The notes beneath the pieces are model-generated. The model saw nothing but the letters and a program-made list of their open reading frames with translations, ran no database searches and was not told the DNA's origin. A program made the position numbers and the translations under genes. From the NCBI RefSeq assembly GCF_900142245.1, contig NZ_FRAG01000006.1:2804-26803 (forward strand): 24,000 nucleotides of DNA, in the 5' to 3' direction. The DNA comes from Paramaledivibacter caminithermalis DSM 15212 (lineage in GTDB: Bacteria; Bacillota; Clostridia; Peptostreptococcales; Caminicellaceae). Shown here in pieces: positions 15,874-24,000 of the stretch (position 1 is the first letter of the stretch; each line of letters starts with the position of its first letter).

Positions 15874-16012
15874 CACTTTCTTCTTTTCTTAGAAATTCTA
15901 TTTTATTTTTTGTTAATTCATTATACAGCTTTAAATCAATTTTTCCATTTTCAAGCAATTTATCGCAAAGCTCGATAAAATTTTCTACAATTTCAACTAA
16001 TTCTTCATACAT
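15866..16012 (-). CDS. Hypothetical small helical protein (48 aa)
   Basis: ATG 16012 (MYEELVEIVENF...) is preceded by GGAGGTAGAAAA, while the track start at 16054 lacks an SD. Charged and helical-looking; no motif recognised. Confidence 0.4.
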   Translation of the reverse strand: MYEELVEIVENFIELCDKLLENGKIDLKLYNELTKNKIEFLRKEESVG

Positions 16013-16310
16013 TTTTCTACCTCCACATACAATTTTCTTTAAAATTATATGCAAAAAACTGAGTTTTATACCATTTATTCCTTAAACAATTTATTTTTTT
16101 GATCTTTTATATTTCAGAACAAAGGCGTCTGACGACTGATTTTAGTTGCAAGTTCTATGTTGCAAGTACTAGGATCTTTCTGGTAAGTTTTTAAAAAACA
16201 ATTTGTACAAATATGTTACTGGCAATAATTTTAATTCTCCTTCTAGTACTCTATTTTACTCTGTTTTAGCTATGCAATTTCTTTTAAAAAAAGTTTGAGT
16301 TCTTTAGCAA

Positions 16311-16346
16311 TAAAAAAAGATAGAGCACTTATTAGATACTCTATCT
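16311..16346 (-). terminator. Rho-independent terminator of speE
   Basis: Minus strand reads AGAUAGAG, a 13-nt loop, CUCUAUCU, then UUUUUUUA, 9 nt after the stop. Confidence 0.7.
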
Positions 16347-16354
16347 CCTAATGC

Positions 16355-17209
16355 TTATTCAAGCTCTTGTTTCATAAAATTTGGAAGATTAAAGCAGGAC
16401 TTAAATATTTCACTATTTATATACTTAGTATTTCTATTAAGCTTTTCAATATTTGCTGTCAATGGATCATATTTTAATGAAGCAAGGGTAAAACTCCACA
16501 TACCTCCTGGATAGCTTGGTACAACAGCTTTATAAGTCCTAACTATAGGAAAATGCTTTTTTAAAATATTTCTTGTCTTCTTTAATACTTCTTTATGAAA
16601 AATAGGAGATTGGCTTTGACATACCATTATCCCATCATCCTTCAATGATTTTTTTAAACTAATATAAAATTCTTCTGAAAAAAGTATTTCTGCTGGACCA
16701 ACTGGATCAGAGGAATCTACTATAGCTATATCATAACTTTTATTTTTATTCTTAACAAACTTAATTCCATCCTCAAATATGAAGTTAACCCTTTCATCCT
16801 TTGGTGCCTCACCAGAAATAGAAGGTATATATTCAACACAAGCTTCAACCACTGCCCTATCTATTTCAATCATATCTATATTTTTAAGGTTTGCATACTT
16901 AATTAACTCATTAACTACTCCACAATCACCTCCACCGATTACTAATACATCCTCTGGCTCATTATGGGTAACTGCAGGAATATGTGAAATCATTTCATTA
17001 TATATATATCCATCTAATTCCGTAGTTTGAATAACACCGTCTAAAACTAAACAACGACCAAAATCATAAGAATCTACTATATTTATTTGTTGATAAGGTG
17101 ATTTTTTTGAAAAAATTACATCCTTCAATCTATAATGCAGCTTCATATTATCCCTTTCATCTTCCACTAACCAAGTTTCCCCATTTATTTCTTTAAAAAA
17201 CTTCTCCAT
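16355..17209 (-). CDS. speE: Spermidine synthase (polyamine aminopropyltransferase)
   Basis: 284 aa with VLVIGGGDCGVVNELIKY (SAM-fold glycine loop) and the DSSDPVGPAE motif, plus overall SpeE layout. Confidence 0.92.
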   Translation of the reverse strand: MEKFFKEINGETWLVEDERDNMKLHYRLKDVIFSKKSPYQQINIVDSYDFGRCLVLDGVIQTTELDGYIYNEMISHIPAVTHNEPEDVLVIGGGDCGVVNELIKYANLKNIDMIEIDRAVVEACVEYIPSISGEAPKDERVNFIFEDGIKFVKNKNKSYDIAIVDSSDPVGPAEILFSEEFYISLKKSLKDDGIMVCQSQSPIFHKEVLKKTRNILKKHFPIVRTYKAVVPSYPGGMWSFTLASLKYDPLTANIEKLNRNTKYINSEIFKSCFNLPNFMKQELE

Positions 17210-17354
17210 AAGCCTTTATCTGGTTATTCCTTAACCAGATTTTAATCACCACCTTCGTTTTTTATTATATTCTTTATTATGTACTTTTAAAATAGCACAT
17301 ACTCTTTATTTTACTCTAAACTATATGCAAATTTCAATTGCTTTTCAAAATCAA

Positions 17355-17384
17355 ATCAAAAAAAGGCAAAATTATTTGCCTTTT
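17355..17384 (-). terminator. Rho-independent terminator of the LiaF-like gene
   Basis: GGCAAA-uaau-UUUGCC is flanked by A and U runs. The minus strand continues UUUUUUUGAUUUG. It overlaps the stop codon at 17383-17385. Confidence 0.7.
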
Positions 17385-18267
17385 ACTCAACCCTCACATC
17401 AAATTTTCCAATACCTGTATCCACATCTATTTCCAGCTTCTTTTCAGCATTTTCGTAGTTCGGTGATATATAACTATCCCCTGATTTATACCATCCCAAT
17501 CCGCTAATATTAGTGTTTTTTATACCTCCATCAAAATCAGCCTTTACTCCAAGATTCTCTGGTATAGTTATCTCAAGATTTGATATTCCCCCATCAATAT
17601 CAACCTTTGTGTAATCTTGTTTATCTCCAAATTTTAAATTCAAATTAGATACTCCCATATCCATATCAAGCTTTGATATTTTTAGGCTGCTAAAATCCAA
17701 AGTCCCATTTATTGCACCAGTATCTATATCTATGTCCCATAATACATTATTATTTAAATTAAAATTGTAATCATAGGATTTCTTGTTATTTAATTTTATA
17801 AAATCAATTTCTTGTTCAATATTTATATCTACTTTAGTTTTGTCATCACTAAATCTTACTTGTCTTTTTACATTTGAACTAGATACCTTTGCTTTTATGA
17901 GATTATCATTTATTGAATTTATTTTTATATTTCCTCCTGCTAATTTAAGCCTTAATTTCCCAATACTAGTTTTTTCGTGAGTTGCTTGAACAAAATTGGG
18001 ATTCGAATTAAAAGTAATATCATTTTTCCATTTATAGTCTCCATAAAAACCAAGCAGAATTACAATAATAAAAAATATTCCCCATGTAATATACCTGATT
18101 AAATTATTAGCTCTAAATATTATATTTATCCCTATCACTATAAGTATTAAAGGCCATAGCCTAAAGATTCCATAAAAAGACCAATTTATAATCCCAAGGT
18201 TGCTCATAAGCAAAAAAACACCTATGAAGATTAGTATAAATCCACCTAAATTACCCCTGCTTTTCAA
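17383..18267 (-). CDS. LiaF-like / DUF4097 (toast-rack) membrane protein
   Basis: N-terminal LiaI-LiaF-like TM hairpins (GFILIFIGVFLLMSNLG, WPLILIVIGINIIF). The C-terminal beta-rich repeat region has DxDxG(I/V)xN periodicity. TTG start with a GGGAGGA SD 8 nt upstream, 1 nt after the pspC-like stop. Confidence 0.7.
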   Translation of the reverse strand: MKSRGNLGGFILIFIGVFLLMSNLGIINWSFYGIFRLWPLILIVIGINIIFRANNLIRYITWGIFFIIVILLGFYGDYKWKNDITFNSNPNFVQATHEKTSIGKLRLKLAGGNIKINSINDNLIKAKVSSSNVKRQVRFSDDKTKVDINIEQEIDFIKLNNKKSYDYNFNLNNNVLWDIDIDTGAINGTLDFSSLKISKLDMDMGVSNLNLKFGDKQDYTKVDIDGGISNLEITIPENLGVKADFDGGIKNTNISGLGWYKSGDSYISPNYENAEKKLEIDVDTGIGKFDVRVE

Positions 18268-18268
18268 G

Positions 18269-18709
18269 CTAATTTTCCTCCCTTTTCTTAAATATTATAA
18301 ATGCTCCAAGGATTATTAAAGCAACTGGCCATAATTTACCTAAATCAAACCAATAAACGTACTTCTTAATTAAAAATAAAACTCCTAAAACAATTAATAT
18401 CGTTCCTATAAGAATCCTATTTTTATCATTCTCTCCATTTTCTTTCCCATAATAATGCTCATATTTGTCATCATAATTTTTAGCACCAACTACGTACTCA
18501 TCATCATTTAATGCAGTATTATAGCTTGATCCTTCTGGAAAAACTATAGCACAGATTATATAGGCAATAATACCCGCTCCCCCCATAAGAGTAAATATTA
18601 CCCATGCAATTCTTACTAGTGACGTATCAATTCCAAAATAATCTGCAATTCCTCCACATACTCCCGCAAGTATCCTATCATTTCTTGAGCGATATAATCT
18701 TTTTGACAT
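18269..18709 (-). CDS. PspC domain-containing membrane protein
   Basis: RLYRSRNDRILAGVCGGIADYFGIDTSLVRIAWVIFTLMGGAGIIAYIICAIVFP is a canonical PspC domain. A C-terminal TM hairpin follows. Confidence 0.85.
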   Translation of the reverse strand: MSKRLYRSRNDRILAGVCGGIADYFGIDTSLVRIAWVIFTLMGGAGIIAYIICAIVFPEGSSYNTALNDDEYVVGAKNYDDKYEHYYGKENGENDKNRILIGTILIVLGVLFLIKKYVYWFDLGKLWPVALIILGAFIIFKKREEN

Positions 18710-18847
18710 TCTAACACTCCTTCCCCATACTCTATTATTTATTATGCCATTAAGTTGTTTAATATCCTTCTAAATATTTTATATTACCTAAACTAAAAAG
18801 AAATTTTAAAAAGCAGAGTAATAGTAGATTTAATTTTTATTGATTAT

Positions 18848-18876
18848 AGTATAACATAAGCTATCTTGTGTTACAA
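18848..18876 (-). promoter_or_regulatory. Candidate sigma-A promoter of the pspC/liaF-like pair
   Basis: Minus strand has TTGTAA (18871-18876), a 17-nt spacer, then TATACT (18848-18853) with an extended TGn immediately upstream. Confidence 0.5.
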
Positions 18877-19051
18877 GGTACTGAATAAAACTTTTTATAA
18901 AAGTTTACAATATAAATCATAATTACATAACTTTTGTGCAAAAGTTGCGTAATTATGCGAAAAGAAAATATTAAGGTCCTCTTGATAGAAAGCTTGACGG
19001 GTTTTATTAGTATAATACTACCAAATACCGATCCAGGATTTTTATATATAT

Positions 19052-19089
19052 AAATTTAAAAGGCAAAATCTTAATTTATAGATTCTGCC
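19052..19089 (-). terminator. Rho-independent terminator of the TDT transporter gene
   Basis: Minus strand reads GGCAGAAUC, a 10-nt loop, GAUUUUGCC, then UUUUAAAUUU. Confidence 0.6.
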
Positions 19090-19103
19090 TTAAACTATTT
19101 TTT

Positions 19104-20045
19104 CTAATTTTTTATAGTATTATCAACTTCTTCTTTAACAAAAATAAAACTAACATATCTTATTAATACGTATATCACTATAAGAACAGCAATTAATTCT
19201 TCAAACTTAACTATATAGTTTAATACTTCTATCGACTGATTGATTTTAATTAAAAATCCATTTACTTTTTTTATTGCAATAGCACTTATCACAAAAGGAA
19301 AGGTAAATGCTGCGTAGCTAGGATAAAACTTAATCCTCAACATTTTGGGCATATACATAAGAACTGAAGCAGTCATAATCAATGACAAGCAAGTTAAAAA
19401 GACAATAATAATCATATTCTTTTCAATAAAAGAGCTCATATACCCTGCTAAGCATAAACTGGCAGGGGCTGCAAATATAGCTATAGTTGGCAAGGCAGGT
19501 TCTTTAATCCTTTTAATAAAAAAAACTCTGTAAGTTACTATAGGTAATAAAGCTAAATATGAAATTAGTCCAAACCAAAATATGATCTGTCCAAGCTTTA
19601 TCATATTATATGCTGGTGCTGTGACGCTTGCAACAACAATTCCAACATAAACAACAAAACAACTCGGAAAAATCTTTTCAATGCTAAATTTTAAAACATG
19701 CTTTTTAGTAAAATAAACTATCAAAACACAATGTATAAGTATACCTAATATCCAAATTCCATAAGCTATTGAAGGTAGGGAAGGTTTAATATAAGTTGAT
19801 AAAATCATTAACCCCATTGAAAAAGTAGGGCTTACACTTGCTATGACAGGATTATTAAGCTTTTCTACTATAGTTTTAAAGCCTGTTAAAATTTTAATTA
19901 TTAAAAGTATTAGTATTCCAGCAGATATTACTCCAAAAATATTTCTATATACACTGCCATAGGATAGTATGAGATTACCTAATGCAGCTAAAGCCAACAT
20001 CAAACCTGCTATAGGTATAGGTATCTTTTTTATTACTCTTTCCAT
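19104..20045 (-). CDS. TDT (TehA/Mae1) family transporter
   Basis: 313 aa with about 10 TM helices. The N-terminus KIPIPIAGLMLALAALGNL is typical of the family. Confidence 0.75.
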   Translation of the reverse strand: MERVIKKIPIPIAGLMLALAALGNLILSYGSVYRNIFGVISAGILILLIIKILTGFKTIVEKLNNPVIASVSPTFSMGLMILSTYIKPSLPSIAYGIWILGILIHCVLIVYFTKKHVLKFSIEKIFPSCFVVYVGIVVASVTAPAYNMIKLGQIIFWFGLISYLALLPIVTYRVFFIKRIKEPALPTIAIFAAPASLCLAGYMSSFIEKNMIIIVFLTCLSLIMTASVLMYMPKMLRIKFYPSYAAFTFPFVISAIAIKKVNGFLIKINQSIEVLNYIVKFEELIAVLIVIYVLIRYVSFIFVKEEVDNTIKN

Positions 20046-20058
20046 TTTTCACTCTCCA

Positions 20059-20523
20059 TTATTCGTCAATGTTTTTAATCTCCAATTCTCTTACTATTAT
20101 TTCAGCCACTTTTTCAGCTATCTCTCCTGTAAAGGATATACATTGCTCTTTATGTTCACCTGAAGCCATATCCATTCCTTTTGTATGAACATGACAACAA
20201 AGACAGCCATGGTTATCTCTAAAGCTTTGTTGTAATTCATTAGCCAATTTAAGAGTATTTTGAACCTTTGGGTCTCCACCCTTTGTCCTGCCAAAGAAAT
20301 ATCCCAAGGATAATATTCCTCCCGATACAGCTCCACAAACACATTTAGATTTTCCTATTCCTATCGGAAAACCTGATGCCATAGCAATCATTTCATCGGG
20401 CATATCGATTTCAAAATTATTTTTTATAGAGCTTACAACAGCTTCCGAACAGTAAAAATCACCCTTCCTAAACAATTCCTCAGCATCATTTCTAATTTTT
20501 TTTATACTTACCTCTTTCTTCAC
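20059..20523 (-). CDS. C_GCAxxG_C_C family redox protein
   Basis: Motifs FYCSEAV, CVCGAVSGG (C-GCAxxG) and CLCCHVH. GTG start after GGAGGAGA. Only 13 nt separate it from the downstream TDT gene. Confidence 0.8.
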   Translation of the reverse strand: MKKEVSIKKIRNDAEELFRKGDFYCSEAVVSSIKNNFEIDMPDEMIAMASGFPIGIGKSKCVCGAVSGGILSLGYFFGRTKGGDPKVQNTLKLANELQQSFRDNHGCLCCHVHTKGMDMASGEHKEQCISFTGEIAEKVAEIIVRELEIKNIDE

Positions 20524-20768
20524 TAAAATCTCCTCCTATTCTATTTGAATTATTTATAAATATATCAGATAAATATATTGATTTCTAATTAAATGTTTAA
20601 ATATAAAAATATATTCTATTTAAAAAAACTATAGTTTTTTATTGGAAATGAATAAAAATAATACCCTACCTTGTTTTACAAGTTTCTTAAGAAAACCTTA
20701 AGAATTATATAAGTTCTTTTGTAAGAAATAGATGTTATTATCTATTCAAAGTTTATTTTGAAGGGATG

Positions 20769-20777
20769 TGATATAAT
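20769..20777 (+). promoter_or_regulatory. Extended -10 promoter element (TGaTATAAT) of the two-component operon
   Basis: gTGaTATAAT lies 33 nt upstream of the 20810 ATG. No convincing -35. Confidence 0.45.
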
Positions 20778-20809
20778 ATGTCTACAAAAATATATAGGGG
20801 TGATATGTT

Positions 20810-21496
20810 ATGAATATACTTGTATGTGATGATGATAAAGAAATAGTTGAGGCCATAGAAATATATCTAAAAAATGAAGGTTACAACATCTTTAAAGCTA
20901 ATAATGGATTAGAAGCATTGAAAATATTAGATAATTCAGAAGTTCATCTTATTATAATGGATATTATGATGCCCAAGATGGATGGTATGAAGGCTACAAA
21001 TAAAATTAGAAAAACTAAAAATATTCCAGTTATAATGCTTTCAGCTAAATCTGAAGACATGGATAAAGTAATGGGCTTAAATATAGGAGCTGATGATTAT
21101 GTTACTAAGCCCTTTAATCCATTGGAGCTTATAGCTAGAGTTAAATCTCAGCTTAGAAGGTATACAACCCTCGGAAGCTATACCCAAACAACAGGAGTTT
21201 ATAAAACTGGTGAATTAATCATAAATGATGAGAGTAAAAAAGTAACTGTAGATGGTGAATTAGTTAAATTAACACCTATAGAATATAAGATACTTAAATT
21301 TTTGACAGAAAATGCTGGTAAAGTATATTCCATAGAACAAATATATGAAAATGTTTGGCAAGAGCCAGCATATAACCCAGAAAACACAGTGGCTGTGCAT
21401 ATTAGAAGAATAAGAGAAAAAATAGAGATAAATCCAAAGAAACCAAAATACTTAAAGGTGGTGTGGGGAATTGGCTATAAAGTGGAGAATATTTAG
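20810..21496 (+). CDS. OmpR-family DNA-binding response regulator
   Basis: REC domain (DDD, IIMDIMMP, MLSA, TKPF) plus a winged-helix trans_reg_C domain (LTPIEYKILKFL, VHIRRIREKIE, VWGIGYK). Confidence 0.93.
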   Translation: MNILVCDDDKEIVEAIEIYLKNEGYNIFKANNGLEALKILDNSEVHLIIMDIMMPKMDGMKATNKIRKTKNIPVIMLSAKSEDMDKVMGLNIGADDYVTKPFNPLELIARVKSQLRRYTTLGSYTQTTGVYKTGELIINDESKKVTVDGELVKLTPIEYKILKFLTENAGKVYSIEQIYENVWQEPAYNPENTVAVHIRRIREKIEINPKKPKYLKVVWGIGYKVENI

Positions 21497-23594
21497 CCAT
21501 TCATTAATAACAAAAATTATTGTTTTTATAATAACTATAGCTTGTTTTTCTTGTAGTATAACAATGTTTATAAATCTTATAGAGATAACAAATAGTGACA
21601 TAGATATAGTTTTTGGAGATAATTATTATAGTAGTCATGGATATATAAATGAATTGTACAATTTAACTAGATATCTATCCCAATTAATTATAACTTATAA
21701 AAGCCAAGATTACATATTATCTGGTGGAACCGTTACTGAAAAAGACTTTGAAATAGAAAAAGAAATTCTTTTTTCAGAGTTCCAAAATAATTCAAATAAA
21801 TATAATCCTAATTGGTCCCGTGAAAAAAATTATGAAGCATTTGAAAGGTATGCCGCCAATAAAATATTAGAAGAAAAAAATAGATTGATTCAGGAGGATT
21901 TAAAAAAGTTTAAATCATATTTGAAAAAATTGCAAAACTTAAATGGAATCTTATATTATATAAGCGATGGTGAAAATGAATTTACCAACAGTCCAAATAA
22001 ATCTAAAGAATATTTTAAAAAATATCCTTCTTATATAGTATTTGATAAATCTGATGAAATAATATTTCCAAATGAAGTTAAAAATAATCCAGAATATAAT
22101 TGGATTAAAAACAATATTGCACAATTAGTTCAAGAAGACTATGTTATGTATATTGCATTTATTGAAGGTCCTTTGAATGATCGAATTAAAGAATGGGAAA
22201 AAAATAAAGCAGCTGTCACTGAAACCTTATATATAATAGCATACTTACTTGCAGGCTTATTGATTTCTTTTATATATTTAGTATTGGTTATTGGCAGAAA
22301 GTCATTTAATGATAATAAGCTTCATTTTAATTTCATAAATAAGCTCTACAATGATATCAATATTGTCCTGTGCTTAGGCATTATAGCATCATGGTTTGGA
22401 GCTATGGGATTTGTATTTGATAATGATGTATATGAAATCATACTTCCTATAACTGCTATATTAGGTACTTTGGGATTAATATTAGTCCTATCATTAGTTA
22501 AACATATTAAAAATAGGACACTCATTAAGCATACATTAGTTTATACTATATTGAGCAGATTTTTTAGTTTCATAAAGTCCATCTATAATAGTGGTAGTGT
22601 TGGAATAAAAATTATATTAATAGTAATAGGTTATCCCTTAATAATAGGATTATCTTTCTTTATATTTGTACTAGGTCTATATAATGTCATACTAGTTATC
22701 CTAGCATTGTTTATTTCTCCTACAGCTATAGGAATAGCATTATGGTTATCACTCAAAAAAGTAAAAGAATTCAATGCAATAAAGGAAGGTGTAGAAAAAA
22801 TAAAAAATGGATATATACATCATAAAATAGACGTATCTGGAAATGGAGAGTTTGGGAAGCTTGCTTCTAATATTAATAGCATAGCCGATGGATTAAATAA
22901 AGCAGTTGACAATGAACTTAAGAGTGAGCGATTAAAAACAGAGCTTATTAGCAATGTATCCCATGATATAAGAACTCCCCTTACTTCTATAATAACCTAT
23001 ATAGATTTGTTGAAAAAGGAGGGCTTGACCTCAGAAAACTCTGAAAAATATTTAGGTGTATTGGAAAAAAAATCTTTGAGATTAAAGTTTTTGACAGATG
23101 ACCTATTTGAAGCTTCCAAGGCATCTAGTGGTGATATTCCTGTTAATATTGAAAAAATAGATATAGTCTCTCTGCTAACCCAAGGTATGGGTGAATTAGA
23201 TGATAAGATAGCTTCTTCGGGATTAAAATTTAAGTTTAACTATCCAGCAGAAAAGGTATTTGTTAAAGCCGACGGTAAGCTCCTATGGCGTGTAATAGAA
23301 AACCTTATGTCAAATATCTTTAAATATGCCCTTAGAAGCTCAAGAGTTTATATCGATGTCCTTGATTCAGACAATAGCGTTTCTATTGTTTTTAAAAATA
23401 TATCTTCTTACGAACTTAACATAAATGCAGATGAGTTAATGGAACGTTTTAAACGTGGAGATGAATCTAGAAACAGTGAAGGCAGCGGTCTTGGACTATC
23501 AATTGCAAAAAGTCTTGTGGAACTACAGAATGGTGAATTCAGTATAGAAATTGATGGTGACTTATTTAAATCTATAATTGTTCTGCCTAAATAG
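21471..23594 (+). CDS. Sensor histidine kinase (large extracytoplasmic domain, multi-TM block, HAMP, HisKA, HATPase_c)
   Basis: H-box SNVSHDIRTPLTSI, N-box LMSNIFKYA and G-box GSGLGLSIAKSLVE. TTG start at 21471 has AAGGTGGTG 7 nt upstream and overlaps the regulator gene end. The first in-frame ATG would fall inside TM1. Confidence 0.9.
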   Translation: MAIKWRIFSHSLITKIIVFIITIACFSCSITMFINLIEITNSDIDIVFGDNYYSSHGYINELYNLTRYLSQLIITYKSQDYILSGGTVTEKDFEIEKEILFSEFQNNSNKYNPNWSREKNYEAFERYAANKILEEKNRLIQEDLKKFKSYLKKLQNLNGILYYISDGENEFTNSPNKSKEYFKKYPSYIVFDKSDEIIFPNEVKNNPEYNWIKNNIAQLVQEDYVMYIAFIEGPLNDRIKEWEKNKAAVTETLYIIAYLLAGLLISFIYLVLVIGRKSFNDNKLHFNFINKLYNDINIVLCLGIIASWFGAMGFVFDNDVYEIILPITAILGTLGLILVLSLVKHIKNRTLIKHTLVYTILSRFFSFIKSIYNSGSVGIKIILIVIGYPLIIGLSFFIFVLGLYNVILVILALFISPTAIGIALWLSLKKVKEFNAIKEGVEKIKNGYIHHKIDVSGNGEFGKLASNINSIADGLNKAVDNELKSERLKTELISNVSHDIRTPLTSIITYIDLLKKEGLTSENSEKYLGVLEKKSLRLKFLTDDLFEASKASSGDIPVNIEKIDIVSLLTQGMGELDDKIASSGLKFKFNYPAEKVFVKADGKLLWRVIENLMSNIFKYALRSSRVYIDVLDSDNSVSIVFKNISSYELNINADELMERFKRGDESRNSEGSGLGLSIAKSLVELQNGEFSIEIDGDLFKSIIVLPK

Positions 23595-23756
23595 CATAAA
23601 AGCAAGATAAAATTTTTCAATCTGACTCATGGTACTAATTTCTATCACGGAAATTTAATTTATTTAGTAACACAAGGGATTAATCTATATTGTAACCTTT
23701 AGAGCTATGCTGAATATAATGAAATTATAGGCAATTTTTAATATGGAGGGATTTTA

Positions 23757-24000
23757 ATGAAAAAGTTTAAAGCTATCTCCTTGTTACTATCTATAGTATT
23801 AGTTATATTTATAGCATTGACAGGATGCGGTGAAAAAGAACTTACAAAGGTTACAGTTGCAGAAGTAACTCACTCGGTATTTTATGCGCCCCAATATGTT
23901 GCTTTAACTGAAGGGTTCTTTGAGGAAGAAGGACTTGAAGTAGAGTTTGTAAATACTAAGGGTGCAGATAAAACTATGACTGCTTTACTATCAAATCAAG
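23757..24000 (+). CDS. ABC transporter substrate-binding lipoprotein (NMT1/SsuA-like), 5' part only
   Basis: GGAGGG SD precedes the start. Signal peptide with lipobox LTG|C. TVAEVTHSVFYAPQYVALTEGFFEEEGLEVEF resembles nitrate/sulfonate/bicarbonate-type binding proteins. It runs off the window. Confidence 0.65.
   Translation, partial: MKKFKAISLLLSIVLVIFIALTGCGEKELTKVTVAEVTHSVFYAPQYVALTEGFFEEEGLEVEFVNTKGADKTMTALLSNQ

Noticed and set aside
15866-16012. Small 48-aa protein considered as a Spo0E-family phosphatase, which would fit the Spo0A-like regulator nearby
   Set aside because: The Spo0E signature (SQELD-type motif in helix 2) is absent and only a generic helical character is shared. It is kept as hypothetical.
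17225-17260. Possible upstream ORF starting at ATC behind the strong GAAGGTGGTGA element in the speE leader
   Set aside because: It requires a non-canonical ATC start, and there is no supporting evidence from the sequence alone.
20623-20640. Perfect palindrome AAAAAACTATAGTTTTTT in the divergent intergenic region
   Set aside because: It is almost entirely homopolymeric A/T around CTATAG. Such low-complexity palindromes are expected in AT-rich DNA.
1214-23620. Antisense or shadow ORFs in the track. They are 1214..1522, 4607..4816, 4961..5161, 6873..7070, 8309..8506, 8697..8888, 12069..12257, 12924..13127 and 13027..13248. The list continues with 14011..14232, 14380..14619, 16779..17030, 17325..17507, 17783..17980, 19345..19533, 19969..20163, 20118..20342, 21199..21387 and 23408..23620.
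   Set aside because: Each lies inside, and opposite or out of frame to, a longer ORF with clear family motifs. Their products are low-complexity F/S/L/I-rich strings typical of AT-rich antisense frames. None has a credible SD.
1-24000. Scan for CRISPR arrays, IS or transposon ends, integrases, phage genes, toxin-antitoxin pairs, tRNA and rRNA genes
   Set aside because: No regularly spaced repeats, no transposase- or integrase-like ORFs and no tRNA- or rRNA-like sequence were recognised. Apart from the agr-like island, the window looks like core chromosome.

Overview
Strongly AT-rich chromosomal segment that looks like a spore-forming Clostridia-class Firmicute. Supporting features are an alpha/beta SASP, a PdaB-like deacetylase, DUF4364, valS-folC synteny and a T-box leader. 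Nearly all genes from 0.3 to 20.5 kb are on the minus strand. Ordinary content: two polysaccharide deacetylases, a QueG-like Fe-S protein, a SASP, DUF4364 and a YVTN beta-propeller protein. It also includes a T-box leader followed by GNAT, valS and folC, then pgsA, speE and a PspC/LiaF-like envelope-stress pair. The remainder is a C_GCAxxG_C_C protein plus TDT transporter, an OmpR/HisKA two-component pair and the start of an ABC substrate-binding lipoprotein. The stand-out is 11.4-15.8 kb (minus strand), an agr-type autoinducing-peptide operon with unusual composition and order. It has two tandem paralogous AgrC-like polytopic membrane proteins in which I cannot find the His phosphoacceptor box or the N/G1/G2 ATP-binding boxes. 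Next comes a 43-aa AgrD precursor missing from the ORF track (12842..12973), whose start overlaps the end of the second sensor gene. This is followed by a response regulator that is a Spo0A paralog (Spo0A-type C-terminal domain, not LytTR) and then AgrB. Upstream of this operon are a consensus 0A box (TGTCGAA) and a three-copy 18-20 nt motif. Its 3' end carries a perfect 19-bp hairpin spanning the agrB stop codon. No rRNA, tRNA, CRISPR array, transposase or integrase was seen. All family assignments come from motif recognition by eye and need HMM or structure confirmation.
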